Below, in pieces: positions 8,310-18,891 of a DNA stretch of 55,170 bases. This DNA is from Deltaproteobacteria bacterium (GTDB lineage Bacteria > Myxococcota_A > Polyangia > Polyangiales > B10-G4). Location: NCBI GenBank assembly GCA_003647065.1, contig QMMC01000001.1, positions 1 through 55,170 of the forward strand, in the 5' to 3' direction. The notes below the pieces were generated by a model. It saw only the letters and a program-made list of their open reading frames with translations, did not search any database and was not told where the DNA came from. The number at the start of each line of letters is the position of its first letter. Within the stretch, counting starts at the first letter, position 1. The position numbers and the translations under genes are program-made.

Positions 8310-8325
8310 GAGGGCCGTGCATTGG

Positions 8326-8391
8326 GGGGACGGACCGAACTTTCGAAACTTCTCTGAGGGGTGGAAAGTTTCGAAAGTTCGGTCCGTCCCC
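8326..8391. repeat. Perfect inverted repeat: 26-bp arms (8326-8351 / 8366-8391), 14-nt spacer
   Basis: GGGGACGGACCGAACTTTCGAAACTT is the exact reverse complement of 8366-8391. Each arm contains the internal palindromes CGGACCG and TTTCGAAA. Confidence 0.97.
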
Positions 8392-8472
8392 TTCCCCCCA
8401 CCTGCTAGCGTGGTCCCCATGGCCCAAGAACCGCCCGCATCGCGGCCACACGTTGGAACCGCGACTGCCCGG

Positions 8473-9087
8473 ATGGCTGACGGGCGACTCGATTGCCAAC
8501 CGGCTCGAAACAATTGCGAGCCGATCCTCGGAGTCCTCCGGAAGACGCGGCTCCCCGCCGCTTCGCCTCGGCGCATCCTCGAGATCGCCAGCGGCTCGGG
8601 GGTCCACTGCTGTTATCTCGCGACGAACCTCCCCGACGTGCTCTGGCAGCCGACCGACTACGATCCGGAGGCCCTCGGCAGTATCGATGCATGGCGGGCG
8701 ACCGAGGGCGCGGAGAACCTGCTTCCGGCCAAGCGCCTCGATGTCCTCGACGCGACGTGGCCGGAGCGGTCGTATGAGGCCGTCGTCTGCATCAACATGG
8801 TTCATGCCGCCCCCTGGGCTGTAACCGAGGCGTTGATGGCGGTCGCCGCGCGGAGCTTGGTCACGGACGGCGTGCTCTTCATGTACGGCGCGTACCGCGA
8901 CGGCGGGGCCTATGTCGGGGCGGGCGACCAAGCGTTCGACGACGCGCTTCGACTCAGAGACCCCGAGTGGGGGCTCCGCGACGTCCTCGAGGTGAAGGAA
9001 GTGGCCGCGAACCACGGCCTCGTCCTCGAGGAACGCGTGACGATGCCCAAGGACAACCTCTCGCTGATTTTCCGGCAAGCTGTATAG
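8473..9087 (+). CDS. DUF938-type class I SAM-dependent methyltransferase
   Basis: ARNNCEPILGVLRK...RILEIASGSGVHCCYLA...WQPTD...INMVHAAPW...LFMYGAY...FDDALRLRDPEWGLRD...MPKDNLSLIF follows my recollection of the DUF938 family layout. The start at MADGRLD (8473) is preferred over 8419 or 8317; a start at 8317 would run through the long palindrome. Confidence 0.8.
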   Translation: MADGRLDCQPARNNCEPILGVLRKTRLPAASPRRILEIASGSGVHCCYLATNLPDVLWQPTDYDPEALGSIDAWRATEGAENLLPAKRLDVLDATWPERSYEAVVCINMVHAAPWAVTEALMAVAARSLVTDGVLFMYGAYRDGGAYVGAGDQAFDDALRLRDPEWGLRDVLEVKEVAANHGLVLEERVTMPKDNLSLIFRQAV

Positions 9088-9290
9088 ATCGCGTCGTGGT
9101 GGACAGATGCAGTTCGCAGCCTGCGCAACCTGTGAACTTCCGCGAACGGCGATTGGTTTCATGCCGCCTATCGACCCCCGCCAACCCCCGGAGGGGGGTC
9201 CTCGCCTTGATCGGCTATGGGTGATCTGTTAACCCTAAGGACTCGCGAGAGCGCAGGCATTGGTTTCCTGTCGTAATTTCGGGTGGTTAG

Positions 9291-10388
<1,098 letters not shown>

Positions 10389-10424
10389 AGGTCGTTGGCC
10401 TCCGCCGGCTAGTCCGAATCCGTC

Positions 10425-11315
10425 GTGAATTTCTTCCGCCGATTCCGTGATGCGGCCCTGGTCGCGGCTCTTCTCGCGATCCCCTTCTTTTTCCTGAAGG
10501 CCAACCTGACGGATCCGTCGCGGACCTCCTGGCTGGACCGCGTCGTGCTCCAGGTGAGCGCGCCGATCCAATACGCCGCCACCGAGGCGGCCGGTGGGGT
10601 GTCCGCCATCGTCGAAGAGTACGTCTGGCTCGTCGACGTCAAGGCCGACAATGAAGCGCTGACCCACGACAACGCGCGCCTCCGGCAGCGGGTCCGGGAG
10701 CTCGGTCACGAGGCCCGAGAGAACGAACGCATGCGCTCGCTGCTCTCGCTCCGCGACGAGCTCCCCGGCGAGACGATGACCGCCGCGGTGATCGGAAAAG
10801 AGGTGTCGCCTCACTTCCGCGTCGTTCGGGTGCGCATCGACCGCGGCGAGCGCGACCTGCTTCGCCCGGGCATGCCCGTCGTTTCATCCGAGGGCCTGGT
10901 CGGACAGATTCGCCGGACCTGGGGTCGCTACAGCGACGTATTGCTGACCGTGGATCGGACCAGCGCCATCGACGTCGTCATCGATCGCACCGGCGCTCGG
11001 GGCATGCTCCGGGGCACCGGGGAGTCGGACCGCTATCTCTGTCGCATTCAATACTTGCAGCGCACCGACGAAGTCGAAGTGGGCGACGAGATCTACACCT
11101 CCGGCCTGGGTCAGCGCTTCCCCTCCAACATCCTCATCGGCCACGTGACCCGCGTGATGCGCCAGGACTTCGGCCTCTACCAAGAGGTGGAAGTCTCCCC
11201 GGCGGTGAACTTCTCGGCCGTTGAAGAGGTGCTCATCCTGACCGCGGGCTCTCGAGAACAGGCGGTGGTCGAAGGCCTCCGGGACGAGTCGCTCTTCGGG
11301 GACCGGCCTCGATGA
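10425..11315 (+). CDS. mreC: Rod shape-determining protein MreC
   Basis: GTG start. N-terminal TM segment, coiled-coil NEALTHDNARLRQRVRELG, and beta-barrel domains (VVSSEGLVGQI, IYTSGLGQRFPSNILIG). Positioned after mreB. Confidence 0.9.
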   Translation: MNFFRRFRDAALVAALLAIPFFFLKANLTDPSRTSWLDRVVLQVSAPIQYAATEAAGGVSAIVEEYVWLVDVKADNEALTHDNARLRQRVRELGHEARENERMRSLLSLRDELPGETMTAAVIGKEVSPHFRVVRVRIDRGERDLLRPGMPVVSSEGLVGQIRRTWGRYSDVLLTVDRTSAIDVVIDRTGARGMLRGTGESDRYLCRIQYLQRTDEVEVGDEIYTSGLGQRFPSNILIGHVTRVMRQDFGLYQEVEVSPAVNFSAVEEVLILTAGSREQAVVEGLRDESLFGDRPR

Positions 11316-11842
11316 GGAACGTCGCCCTCATCGCCCTCGGATTCTCGCTGCTCGTGATGGGGGCCGCGGCGGCGACTTTCGTACCCTTCCACGCCGTCGC
11401 GCCGAACTTGCTGCTCCCGGTGGTGATCTTCCTCGGCGTGACCCACGAAGTGCACATCGTCCGCGGGGCGGCGCTCTCCTTCGTCTTCGGCTACCTCTTC
11501 GACGCGTTTACGGGGAGCCCCATGGGCTTGATGACCTTCGTCCTCGTCGCGACCTTCATCGTCTCCCGCTTCGCCGGCCTGCGCCTCTTTCTCCGGGGGC
11601 CGATCTTTCAGATCCTGCTCACCTTCTTCGTCGCGGTGTTGGCCGGGGGGACCATCCTCGCGCTCCGGGCCATCTTCGAAAAGCCCGCGCCTTTCCCGGC
11701 GGGCACCGTCGAAGACCACGTCCTGACCCTGCTCATCCCCGCCGCGACGACCGCCCTCGTCTCTCCCCTCGTTTTCGCCGCTGTTCGCCGCATAGAGTCC
11801 CTCGCGGTTCGGAAACGTGAAGAGAGGCCGGCGACGCCGTGA
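11312..11842 (+). CDS. mreD: Rod shape-determining protein MreD
   Basis: ATGA overlap with mreC. Polytopic hydrophobic protein of 176 aa containing GYLFDAFTGSPMG. Conserved position in the operon. Confidence 0.85.
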   Translation: MRNVALIALGFSLLVMGAAAATFVPFHAVAPNLLLPVVIFLGVTHEVHIVRGAALSFVFGYLFDAFTGSPMGLMTFVLVATFIVSRFAGLRLFLRGPIFQILLTFFVAVLAGGTILALRAIFEKPAPFPAGTVEDHVLTLLIPAATTALVSPLVFAAVRRIESLAVRKREERPATP

Positions 11843-13734
11843 CCCTGCTTTCGCAGCGCCGCGAGGTCGGAGAGTTCAAGAAGCGCTACAAGTGGATGGC
11901 GCTCGTCGTCCTCGGAGTGTTCTCCATATTGGCCGTGCGGGTCATTCAGCTTCAGACCCTCGACTACGACCACTACGCCGCGATCGCTCAAGAGAACATC
12001 ACCAAGACCATCCCCCTGCCGGCCACCCGGGGCATCGTCACCGACACCGCCGGCCGGGTCATCGCGAGCAATCGCCCGGCCTACAACGTCTTCATCACAC
12101 CCCAGCTGGTCAGCGAAGAAGACATCGAGCGGGTCGCGGAGCTCATGGGGCTCGACCCCGAAGAAAAAGCCGTGCTCATCCAGCGGGTTGCCGACGTGCC
12201 CCGTCGCCGGCGTTCGCACCAGATCGCGATGTTCACGGAGATCGAGCGTGACCAGTTGGCCGCCCTCGAGACCCATGGCCAGGAGCTCCCCGGGGTCGAC
12301 GTGGTCGCCGTCCCCGTGCGCGAGTACGCCTACGGAAATCTCGGCGCCCATACCATCGGCTACCTCAACGAGGTGAGCGCCGAAGACATCGAAGGTCACC
12401 CCGGCCAGGGCTATCGCGCGGGCGACCGCATGGGCCGCAACGGAGTCGAACGGGCTTGGGAGAGCTATCTCCGGGGCCGTGATGGGTACCGCCGCGTGCT
12501 CGTCGACGCCCGGGGCACTGTCCGAGACCACACGCGGGAAGAGCGGGCCCGGGAAGACCGGCGAGAGGCCGTGCCGGGGCGCGACGTCACCCTCACGGTG
12601 GACATGGAGCTGATGCGCACCATCGACCGTGCGTTCCGCGGTCATCCTTCGGGGGCGGTCGTCGTCGTTGACGTGAGGACCGGGCGCCTCCGCGCGCTCT
12701 ACTCGAAGCCCAGCTACGACTTGAACGAGATGAGCGGTCGCCTCTCGGTCGAGCGCTACACCGAGATGCGGGACAACCCGTTTCGTCCACTCATCGACAA
12801 GACGCTCTACGAGAGCTTCTTCCCGGGCTCGACCTTCAAGGTGATCACGGCCCTCGCGGCCCTCGAGGACGGGGTCTTCGACCCGGTAACGCGTGTCGAC
12901 TGCCCGGGCTTCTTCGAGATCGGAAACGACCGTAAGCGCTGCACTTCCGCTCACGGCGAGGTCGACATGCGCCGAGCGATCGTCGCCTCCTGCAACGTCT
13001 ACTTCTGGACGATGGCTCTCGAGGTCGGCCTCGAGCGTTTGAACCGCTTCGGTCGCGACCTCGGCTTCGGCGAGCGAACGGGAGTGGGCATCAACTCCGA
13101 GGCCAGCGGTTTCTTGCCCTCCCGCGAGTGGTATACGAATCACTTCGGCCGTTTCCGCGTCGGTTACACCCTCGACGCCGCCATCGGCCAGGGCAATACC
13201 CGGTCGACGCTGGTTCAACTCGCCATGGCCTACGCCGCGATCGCCAACGGCGGCACGCTCTTCGTGCCGCAACTCATCGAGCGCGTCGGCTCCCCGGACG
13301 GCCAGGCCATCGAGGAGTTCGAGCCGCGGGTTCGGCGCCGCATCTCGGTAGGCCAGGAGCACCTGGCCTACGTCGTCGACGGCCTCTACGGCGTCGTGAA
13401 CGACCCGAACGGGACGGCCTTCGACGCGCGCATCGAGGACGGCGTCCCGGTCGCTGGAAAGACCGGGACCGCCCAGGTGCAGCGCAGTCGGCCCCGGGCC
13501 GGCCTCGACCCCGGCCGCGCCTGGTTCTTCAATCGGGACCATGCGTGGTTCGCCGGATTCGCTCCCGCTGGGGCCCCGGAGGTCGCCATCGTGGTGCTGG
13601 TCGAGCACGGGGGCGGCGGTGGTCGTTACGCGGCGCCCATCGCGATGCAGATCCTCCAGGACTATTTCGGTAACCGTGCCACGGCGGCGACGCGGTCCGG
13701 GAGTTCCACGGCCCTCGCCCGGGGGGCTCGCTGA
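11839..13734 (+). CDS. mrdA: Penicillin-binding protein 2 (elongasome transpeptidase)
   Basis: GTGA overlap with mreD. SxxK (STFK), SxN (SCN) and KTG (KTGT) motifs are all present. N-terminal TM anchor. Confidence 0.93.
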   Translation: MTLLSQRREVGEFKKRYKWMALVVLGVFSILAVRVIQLQTLDYDHYAAIAQENITKTIPLPATRGIVTDTAGRVIASNRPAYNVFITPQLVSEEDIERVAELMGLDPEEKAVLIQRVADVPRRRRSHQIAMFTEIERDQLAALETHGQELPGVDVVAVPVREYAYGNLGAHTIGYLNEVSAEDIEGHPGQGYRAGDRMGRNGVERAWESYLRGRDGYRRVLVDARGTVRDHTREERAREDRREAVPGRDVTLTVDMELMRTIDRAFRGHPSGAVVVVDVRTGRLRALYSKPSYDLNEMSGRLSVERYTEMRDNPFRPLIDKTLYESFFPGSTFKVITALAALEDGVFDPVTRVDCPGFFEIGNDRKRCTSAHGEVDMRRAIVASCNVYFWTMALEVGLERLNRFGRDLGFGERTGVGINSEASGFLPSREWYTNHFGRFRVGYTLDAAIGQGNTRSTLVQLAMAYAAIANGGTLFVPQLIERVGSPDGQAIEEFEPRVRRRISVGQEHLAYVVDGLYGVVNDPNGTAFDARIEDGVPVAGKTGTAQVQRSRPRAGLDPGRAWFFNRDHAWFAGFAPAGAPEVAIVVLVEHGGGGGRYAAPIAMQILQDYFGNRATAATRSGSSTALARGAR

Positions 13735-14840
13735 TGGCCACCCTGGTCAGGGGCTTTCGCGACCAGTTCGACTGGGCGCTCTTCGTGGCCGTGTCCGCCA
13801 TCGCCGTGATCGGCGTCGTGAACCTCTACAGCGCGACGAGCGCCGCAGGCAGTGGGCTCCAGGGGCTCTACATTCAGCAGATCTACTGGCTCACCCTGGG
13901 GGCCGGGGTCGCGGTCCTCGTCGCCGCCATCGACTACCGCGTGTACGAACGCACCGGGTGGTTCGCCTACGGCATCGGCGTCGTGCTGCTCATCCTGGTA
14001 TTCCTCCTCGGCAATACTATTCGCGGCTCGACGCGCTGGATCAACATCGGCTCGTTCACGCTCCAGCCGTCCGAGTTGATGAAGATCTTTCTGATCATCG
14101 CCCTCGCGAAGTACCTGCACAACGACCCCAAGACCGATGGGCGTACGCTCAAGGACCTGGTGGTACCCGGTCTCATCCTGGTCGTGCCGATGATCCTCAT
14201 CCTGCTCCAGCCCGACCTCGGGACCGCGATGATCTGCGCGTTCATCTTCGGCACCATCATGATGCTCACCAAGCTGAAGCTGCGGTCGCTCTTCACCCTC
14301 GCCGCTGCTTTCGTGCTCAGCGCGCCTCTGACCTGGACTTACCTGCTCCGGGACTATCAGCGCGGGCGGCTGACCGCGTTCCTCAATCCCGAGGCCGACC
14401 TCCTCGACACGGGCTGGCACGCCCACCAGTCGCTGGTGGCGATTGGCTCGGGCGGCGTATTCGGCAAGGGGTACATGCAGGGCACCCAAAACCAATACCG
14501 CTTCCTGCCCGATCAGTTCTCCGACTTTCCCTTCTCGGTGTGGTCCGAAGAGCAAGGCCTCTTGGGGGCGCTGCTCATTCTCGGTCTCTACTTCTTCATC
14601 ATCCTCTGGGGCCTCAAGATCGCGAGCCAGGCCAAGGACCGCTTCGGCGCCGTCGTGGCCGTCGGGGTGAGCGCTCTGATCTTCTGGCACACCATCATCA
14701 ACATCGGCATGGTCTGCGGCCTCTTGCCGGTCGTTGGCGTGACCCTTCCTCTCTTCAGCTACGGCGGCTCGAGCGTGCTGACGATCATGATCGGCGTCGG
14801 GCTCCTGATGAACGTCTCCATTCGTCGGTTCAGTTTCTGA
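13734..14840 (+). CDS. rodA: SEDS-family peptidoglycan polymerase RodA
   Basis: The ATG overlaps the mrdA stop by 1 nt (TGATG). Polytopic, with PSELMKI, LQPDLGT and FSDFPFSVWSEEQG matching SEDS signatures. Confidence 0.93.
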   Translation: MATLVRGFRDQFDWALFVAVSAIAVIGVVNLYSATSAAGSGLQGLYIQQIYWLTLGAGVAVLVAAIDYRVYERTGWFAYGIGVVLLILVFLLGNTIRGSTRWINIGSFTLQPSELMKIFLIIALAKYLHNDPKTDGRTLKDLVVPGLILVVPMILILLQPDLGTAMICAFIFGTIMMLTKLKLRSLFTLAAAFVLSAPLTWTYLLRDYQRGRLTAFLNPEADLLDTGWHAHQSLVAIGSGGVFGKGYMQGTQNQYRFLPDQFSDFPFSVWSEEQGLLGALLILGLYFFIILWGLKIASQAKDRFGAVVAVGVSALIFWHTIINIGMVCGLLPVVGVTLPLFSYGGSSVLTIMIGVGLLMNVSIRRFSF

Positions 14841-14875
14841 CCCGAAGCCCGACCTCGGCGTGGTACCTCGGGGCC

Positions 14876-15691
14876 ATGCGAACGAAGGTGGGAGTCGTGC
14901 AGATGACCTCGACGGGGGACGTCGAAGCCAACTGCGAGAGCGCGGAGCGCATGATTCGGCGAGGCGCCGATGACGGAGCGAAGCTCATCGTCCTCCCCGA
15001 GTGTTTCGCCTACCTCGGGCCCGAGGCCGGCAAGCTGGACATCGCCGAGGACGTGGACGACCAGTCGCCGGGGCCGATCCTCGGTCGCTTCCTCGCCCTC
15101 GCTTCGTCTCTCGGGGTCGAACTGGTCCTCGGAGGCTTCTGGGAGAAGGGCGTTCAGGCGAGCCACGTGCGGAACGCCTGCGTGCACGTGGACGCCGCCG
15201 GCAAGATCACGTCGGTGTACCGCAAGATCCACCTCTTCGACGTCGACCTCCCGGACGGCACCAAGCTCCTCGAGTCCGAGACCGTCGAGCCCGGAACCGA
15301 GGTGGTCGTCGCCGATGCGTGCTTTGGCAAGCTCGGCCTCTCGGTTTGCTACGACCTACGCTTTCCCGAGCTCTACCGCCGCCTCGTCGATGACGGCGCG
15401 GTCGCCCTCGCCATCCCGGCGGCCTTCACGCTGACCACGGGTAAAGACCACTGGCACGTGCTGCTTCGCGCCCGGGCCATCGAGACCCAGAGCTACGTGC
15501 TCGCCGCGGCGCAGTTCGGCCACCACTACGGCCGCCGCGTGAGCTACGGCCACGCCCTCATCGCCGACCCCTGGGGCACGGTCCTCGCGGAGTGTGGGGA
15601 CGGCGAAGGCGTCGCTGTCGCGACGGTGGACGACGCGGTCGTCGATCGGGTTCGCAAGGCGATCCCGTGCCTGACCCACCGGCGCCTCTGA
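14876..15691 (+). CDS. Carbon-nitrogen hydrolase family protein (Nit/omega-amidase-like)
   Basis: E-K-C catalytic triad context: VLPECF, YRKIHLFD, LSVCYDLRFPE. It is the in-frame C-terminal part of the artefactual 716-aa track ORF. Confidence 0.88.
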   Translation: MRTKVGVVQMTSTGDVEANCESAERMIRRGADDGAKLIVLPECFAYLGPEAGKLDIAEDVDDQSPGPILGRFLALASSLGVELVLGGFWEKGVQASHVRNACVHVDAAGKITSVYRKIHLFDVDLPDGTKLLESETVEPGTEVVVADACFGKLGLSVCYDLRFPELYRRLVDDGAVALAIPAAFTLTTGKDHWHVLLRARAIETQSYVLAAAQFGHHYGRRVSYGHALIADPWGTVLAECGDGEGVAVATVDDAVVDRVRKAIPCLTHRRL

Positions 15692-15841
15692 CGAGAGCGA
15701 AACAGCGTCGGACAGAGCGTGAGACACAAGCGAGGTGGTCTCGGTTTCGCGCAGCCCACGGAGCCTACGCATCGTAGGTGAGTAGGCAGCGCAGAAAGCG
15801 AGGGCAGATCGCGCCGTGAATCGCGATTTGGACGACCCTGT

Positions 15842-18124
15842 TTATCTGACCAAGGAGAGGTGGGGGACCGGCGCGTAGGCGCTCAGCTGTCCGCTCTCTT
15901 CGCCGACGTAGACCCAGCCGCGTTCGTCGACGCGGATGACGTCGGGCACGAGGTCGCAGGGCAGGGCCGCGCCGAGGGGCTGACCGTCGGCGGGGCGAAC
16001 GATGTGCACCGACGCCGAGGGGATGAAGAGGGCGCCGCCGCGCAGCACGGGCTCTAGGCGCCGGGGCACGTCATCGGCAATCGGGTCCGAGAGCTGGAGG
16101 GTCCACCGGACGGAGCCGTCGCCGAGGTCGAGGGCGGTCACCTTGCCCGAGGGCGTATTGGTGATGAAGACGTCATCGACGGCGAGGGACGCGCCGCCGA
16201 CGCCGAGGCCCGGGTCGGAGGTCATCCAGCTGAGGCTTCCGTCCGAAACGTCGACGCAGGCGATGCTGCCGCGGCGCTTTCCACCGATGGCGATCACCGC
16301 CCGGCGTCCGGCGCGGATCGGTGCCGCCGACGGGGCGGCGGGCAGTTCGACGCGGAAGTGCACCGCGCCGCTATAGAGGTCGAGGCCGATGAGTTGACCC
16401 GTCCGGCCTCCCGGCTCACCGCTGACCCCGATCACCGTTTCGCCGATGACGATGGGCTCGAAGCAGAAGCGTGAACCATCCGAGTGGCGCCAGATCACCT
16501 CGCCGGCGGCGGCGTCGATGGCGTCGAGGGTCCCGTCTCCGGAGGCGACGAGGAGCACTCGCCCAGCCCGCGTGACGCGCAGCGCGCCGGCGCCCTTCTT
16601 GGCGTAGTCGAAGCGATGTTCGCCGTTCCGCAGGTCGACGGCGACGAGGCGCCCGGGTCCATCCGGGAGAACGACCGTCGGAGGTACGGGGCCCCCGCCG
16701 ACGAAGATGGCGCGGCGGACTCCGTGGTAGGGCGCGATGCGTGTCGTGGCGAAGGCCTCGCCGTCCCCGACATTGCAGAGCTCGACCTCGGAGTCGCCGG
16801 AGATGCGCACCATGACCTGGCCGGCCATATGCGTGCTGCCACCGATGCCCTCACGGACCCAGAGGACGGCGCCGTCGTCGCGGCTGAGCGCGACCGCGCG
16901 CCGAGGCGTCGCGACGATCAGGCGATCACCGCAGAAGAAGGTCGACGTCGCGTCGAGTTCGTCGACATCGGCGCCCCAGCGCTCGGTCAGGCGCAGCTTG
17001 CCCGTCGGCGCCGGGAGCATCGGGGGCGGAGCGGAGGCCGGGTGGTGGTTGCGGGACTCCGCGGCTCGCAGGCGATCGGCGTCGGCGTTTACGAATCCGT
17101 CGTCACGGCGCCGGGCCCGGATTCGGCGACGAAGCGCACGGACCTCTTCCCGGAGGTTCCTTACCTTGAGGTTGCGAGTCTGGCTCCGGTCGGTCGCGAC
17201 CATCGCGCGGATGACGTCGGAGGCGAGGCGCAGGATAGGCAGTGCGGCCTGGGATACGTCGAGGGCCGGGAGGGTGAACGGTCGGTCCTTGCGCCCGAGG
17301 GTCAGCGTCACGTCGTCCTCGAAGCGCACGCCGATCGTGAAGTTGCCCGAGTTGAGACGCACGTTTGCGGCGCGGTCTCCGTCCCAGGCGTCGACGAGCA
17401 TGCGCACCGCGGTGACCATGCGTGCGATGGCGGGTACGATGGGGCCTTCCGCCAGTACGTGGCGGTGCCCCCGGGCCCACGCCCAGAGCTCGCCGCGGAA
17501 GAGCAGGGCGTGCACATCCGCCCGGGATGCGCCGTCGGTGCCGGCGACGCCGCCGGAGGGGATGCGCGCGCGGAAGCCGAAGGAGAGGCAGACGTCCTCG
17601 GGCGGTTCGGCGAGGGCCCCGCCGGTGCGCTCGACGAGGCGCGGGCCCCGGCCGCCGAGGCGCGAGACTGCTGTGGCCTCGGCGCGGTCCGCGAGGCGAG
17701 CGAGGACCTCGCCGGCGGTGTTGCGCCCGCGCATGAGCGCGTCCTGGTGAAGGTGCTCAGCGCAGGTGTCGAGGAGCGAGCGAAGCGAGACCCGGTGGTC
17801 GAGGATGATCACCTCGGGAACGGAGCCGGTCTCGTAGAGGCTCACCAAGGCGTTGTCGCCGCGCCGGACGATGGCGACCTCGAGGGGGGCGTCGACGAGG
17901 GGCAGGAGCGCTTTCTGCTGCCGCCCGGACGAGAGCCCGATGAGGGCCCCCACCAGATCCGCCAGAGGCGGCACCTCGGCTTCCTCGGTCGCGTCCCCGT
18001 AGAGGAGCGTCGAAAGGGTGGACGGGAGTACCGGAGCGGGAATTCCGGGACGCGTGATGTTTGATATCGCTTCGAGTTCCATCGGGAGCCGTTGGCCGAA
18101 ACGAAATGTTAGGGTCCCCAGCAC
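15842..18124 (-). CDS. PQQ-like beta-propeller repeat protein with ~420-aa N-terminal region of unknown fold; no signal peptide seen
   Basis: The C-terminal half has repeated propeller blades (DGAVLWV, AAGEVIWRH, DGSLSWM, DGSVRWTL). The N-terminal half is unrecognised. An alternative start is M at 18082. Confidence 0.75.
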   Translation of the reverse strand: MLGTLTFRFGQRLPMELEAISNITRPGIPAPVLPSTLSTLLYGDATEEAEVPPLADLVGALIGLSSGRQQKALLPLVDAPLEVAIVRRGDNALVSLYETGSVPEVIILDHRVSLRSLLDTCAEHLHQDALMRGRNTAGEVLARLADRAEATAVSRLGGRGPRLVERTGGALAEPPEDVCLSFGFRARIPSGGVAGTDGASRADVHALLFRGELWAWARGHRHVLAEGPIVPAIARMVTAVRMLVDAWDGDRAANVRLNSGNFTIGVRFEDDVTLTLGRKDRPFTLPALDVSQAALPILRLASDVIRAMVATDRSQTRNLKVRNLREEVRALRRRIRARRRDDGFVNADADRLRAAESRNHHPASAPPPMLPAPTGKLRLTERWGADVDELDATSTFFCGDRLIVATPRRAVALSRDDGAVLWVREGIGGSTHMAGQVMVRISGDSEVELCNVGDGEAFATTRIAPYHGVRRAIFVGGGPVPPTVVLPDGPGRLVAVDLRNGEHRFDYAKKGAGALRVTRAGRVLLVASGDGTLDAIDAAAGEVIWRHSDGSRFCFEPIVIGETVIGVSGEPGGRTGQLIGLDLYSGAVHFRVELPAAPSAAPIRAGRRAVIAIGGKRRGSIACVDVSDGSLSWMTSDPGLGVGGASLAVDDVFITNTPSGKVTALDLGDGSVRWTLQLSDPIADDVPRRLEPVLRGGALFIPSASVHIVRPADGQPLGAALPCDLVPDVIRVDERGWVYVGEESGQLSAYAPVPHLSLVR

Positions 18125-18155
18125 AGGCTCTCCAGAAAACGGATCGGATCGCAGG

Positions 18156-18590
18156 ATGTTGACAGGGCACGATCAATTCGTAGGGGCGGTGGTGGTCGTC
18201 GTCTTCAAGGAGGGACGGGTCCTCGGGTTGCGCCGGGCTCCTACGAAGGACGCCGGGGCGGGTTTGTGGGAATGCGTCTCCGGGCGCATCGAAGTCGACG
18301 AGGCCCCGTTCGATGCGGCGTGCCGAGAGACGACGGAAGAGACCGGCCTCGACGTGACCCTCGAAGAGCGCCCCATCGACGCGTACACGGCGCGCCGCGG
18401 CGAGGCGCCGATGCTCGTCGTCTGTTACCGCGCCGATTGGAACGGCGGCGAGGTCACGCGTAGCGACGAGCACGACGCCCACGAGTGGCTCACCCCCGCC
18501 GGGTTCGCCGAACGCACGACGTGGACGCGCCTCGCCGAGGCGGTTCACGCCGCAGGTCGCGCGTCTCGCGGAGCGTTCGATCGCGGTTGA
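18156..18590 (+). CDS. NUDIX hydrolase
   Basis: The Nudix box GRIEVDEAPFDAACRETTEETGL fits Gx5Ex7REUxEExGU. ATG 18156 (MLTGHD) is chosen because the upstream part of the ORF overlaps the divergent gene. Confidence 0.88.
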   Translation: MLTGHDQFVGAVVVVVFKEGRVLGLRRAPTKDAGAGLWECVSGRIEVDEAPFDAACRETTEETGLDVTLEERPIDAYTARRGEAPMLVVCYRADWNGGEVTRSDEHDAHEWLTPAGFAERTTWTRLAEAVHAAGRASRGAFDRG

Positions 18591-18891
18591 CGCCAGAGCG
18601 TGACCGCGCATCGCCGTTCGTCACGTCGCGCCCTCGTGCATGGAAGGGCAGAGCACAGGCAGCCAGTACGAGGGCGGCGTTCTGTGACGTGGATTCCATC
18701 TTCCGGCCCACGTCGGGGCGTAGCTGAGGTGGCGGCGGCGGAGGGCCCGAGTTCGTCGCGAGCGTCGCGAGAGCCATCCGAGGACCCCGTTCATAGCCGG
18801 TGGGCCCGCTCGAGCCCCCGTGTGTTAGCTTCTGTCGACACAGCGGGCATGGGTACGTGGTTGCTTGCGGTGCCAACGAGGAGGGGACGGC

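Noticed and set aside
8317-8472. Longer N-terminus for the DUF938 methyltransferase
   Set aside because: It would translate straight through the 26-bp-arm palindrome. Family members, as I recall them, begin near the conserved ...C..N..PIL motif, which fits the start at 8473.
13541-15691. 716-aa ORF spanning rodA and the hydrolase gene
   Set aside because: The N-terminal 445 aa are an off-frame Arg/Pro-rich reading over rodA. Only the part from ATG 14876 matches C-N hydrolases.
15692-15841. Small hairpins (CCTACG-CAT-CGTAGG, ATCGCG-N8-CGCGAT) between convergent genes as terminators
   Set aside because: The stems are only 6 bp and lack U-tracts, which is too weak to call.
16484-18064. 526-aa plus-strand ORF
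   Set aside because: Antisense to the PQQ-repeat gene, with low-complexity Gly/Asp/Ala/Arg composition and no motifs.
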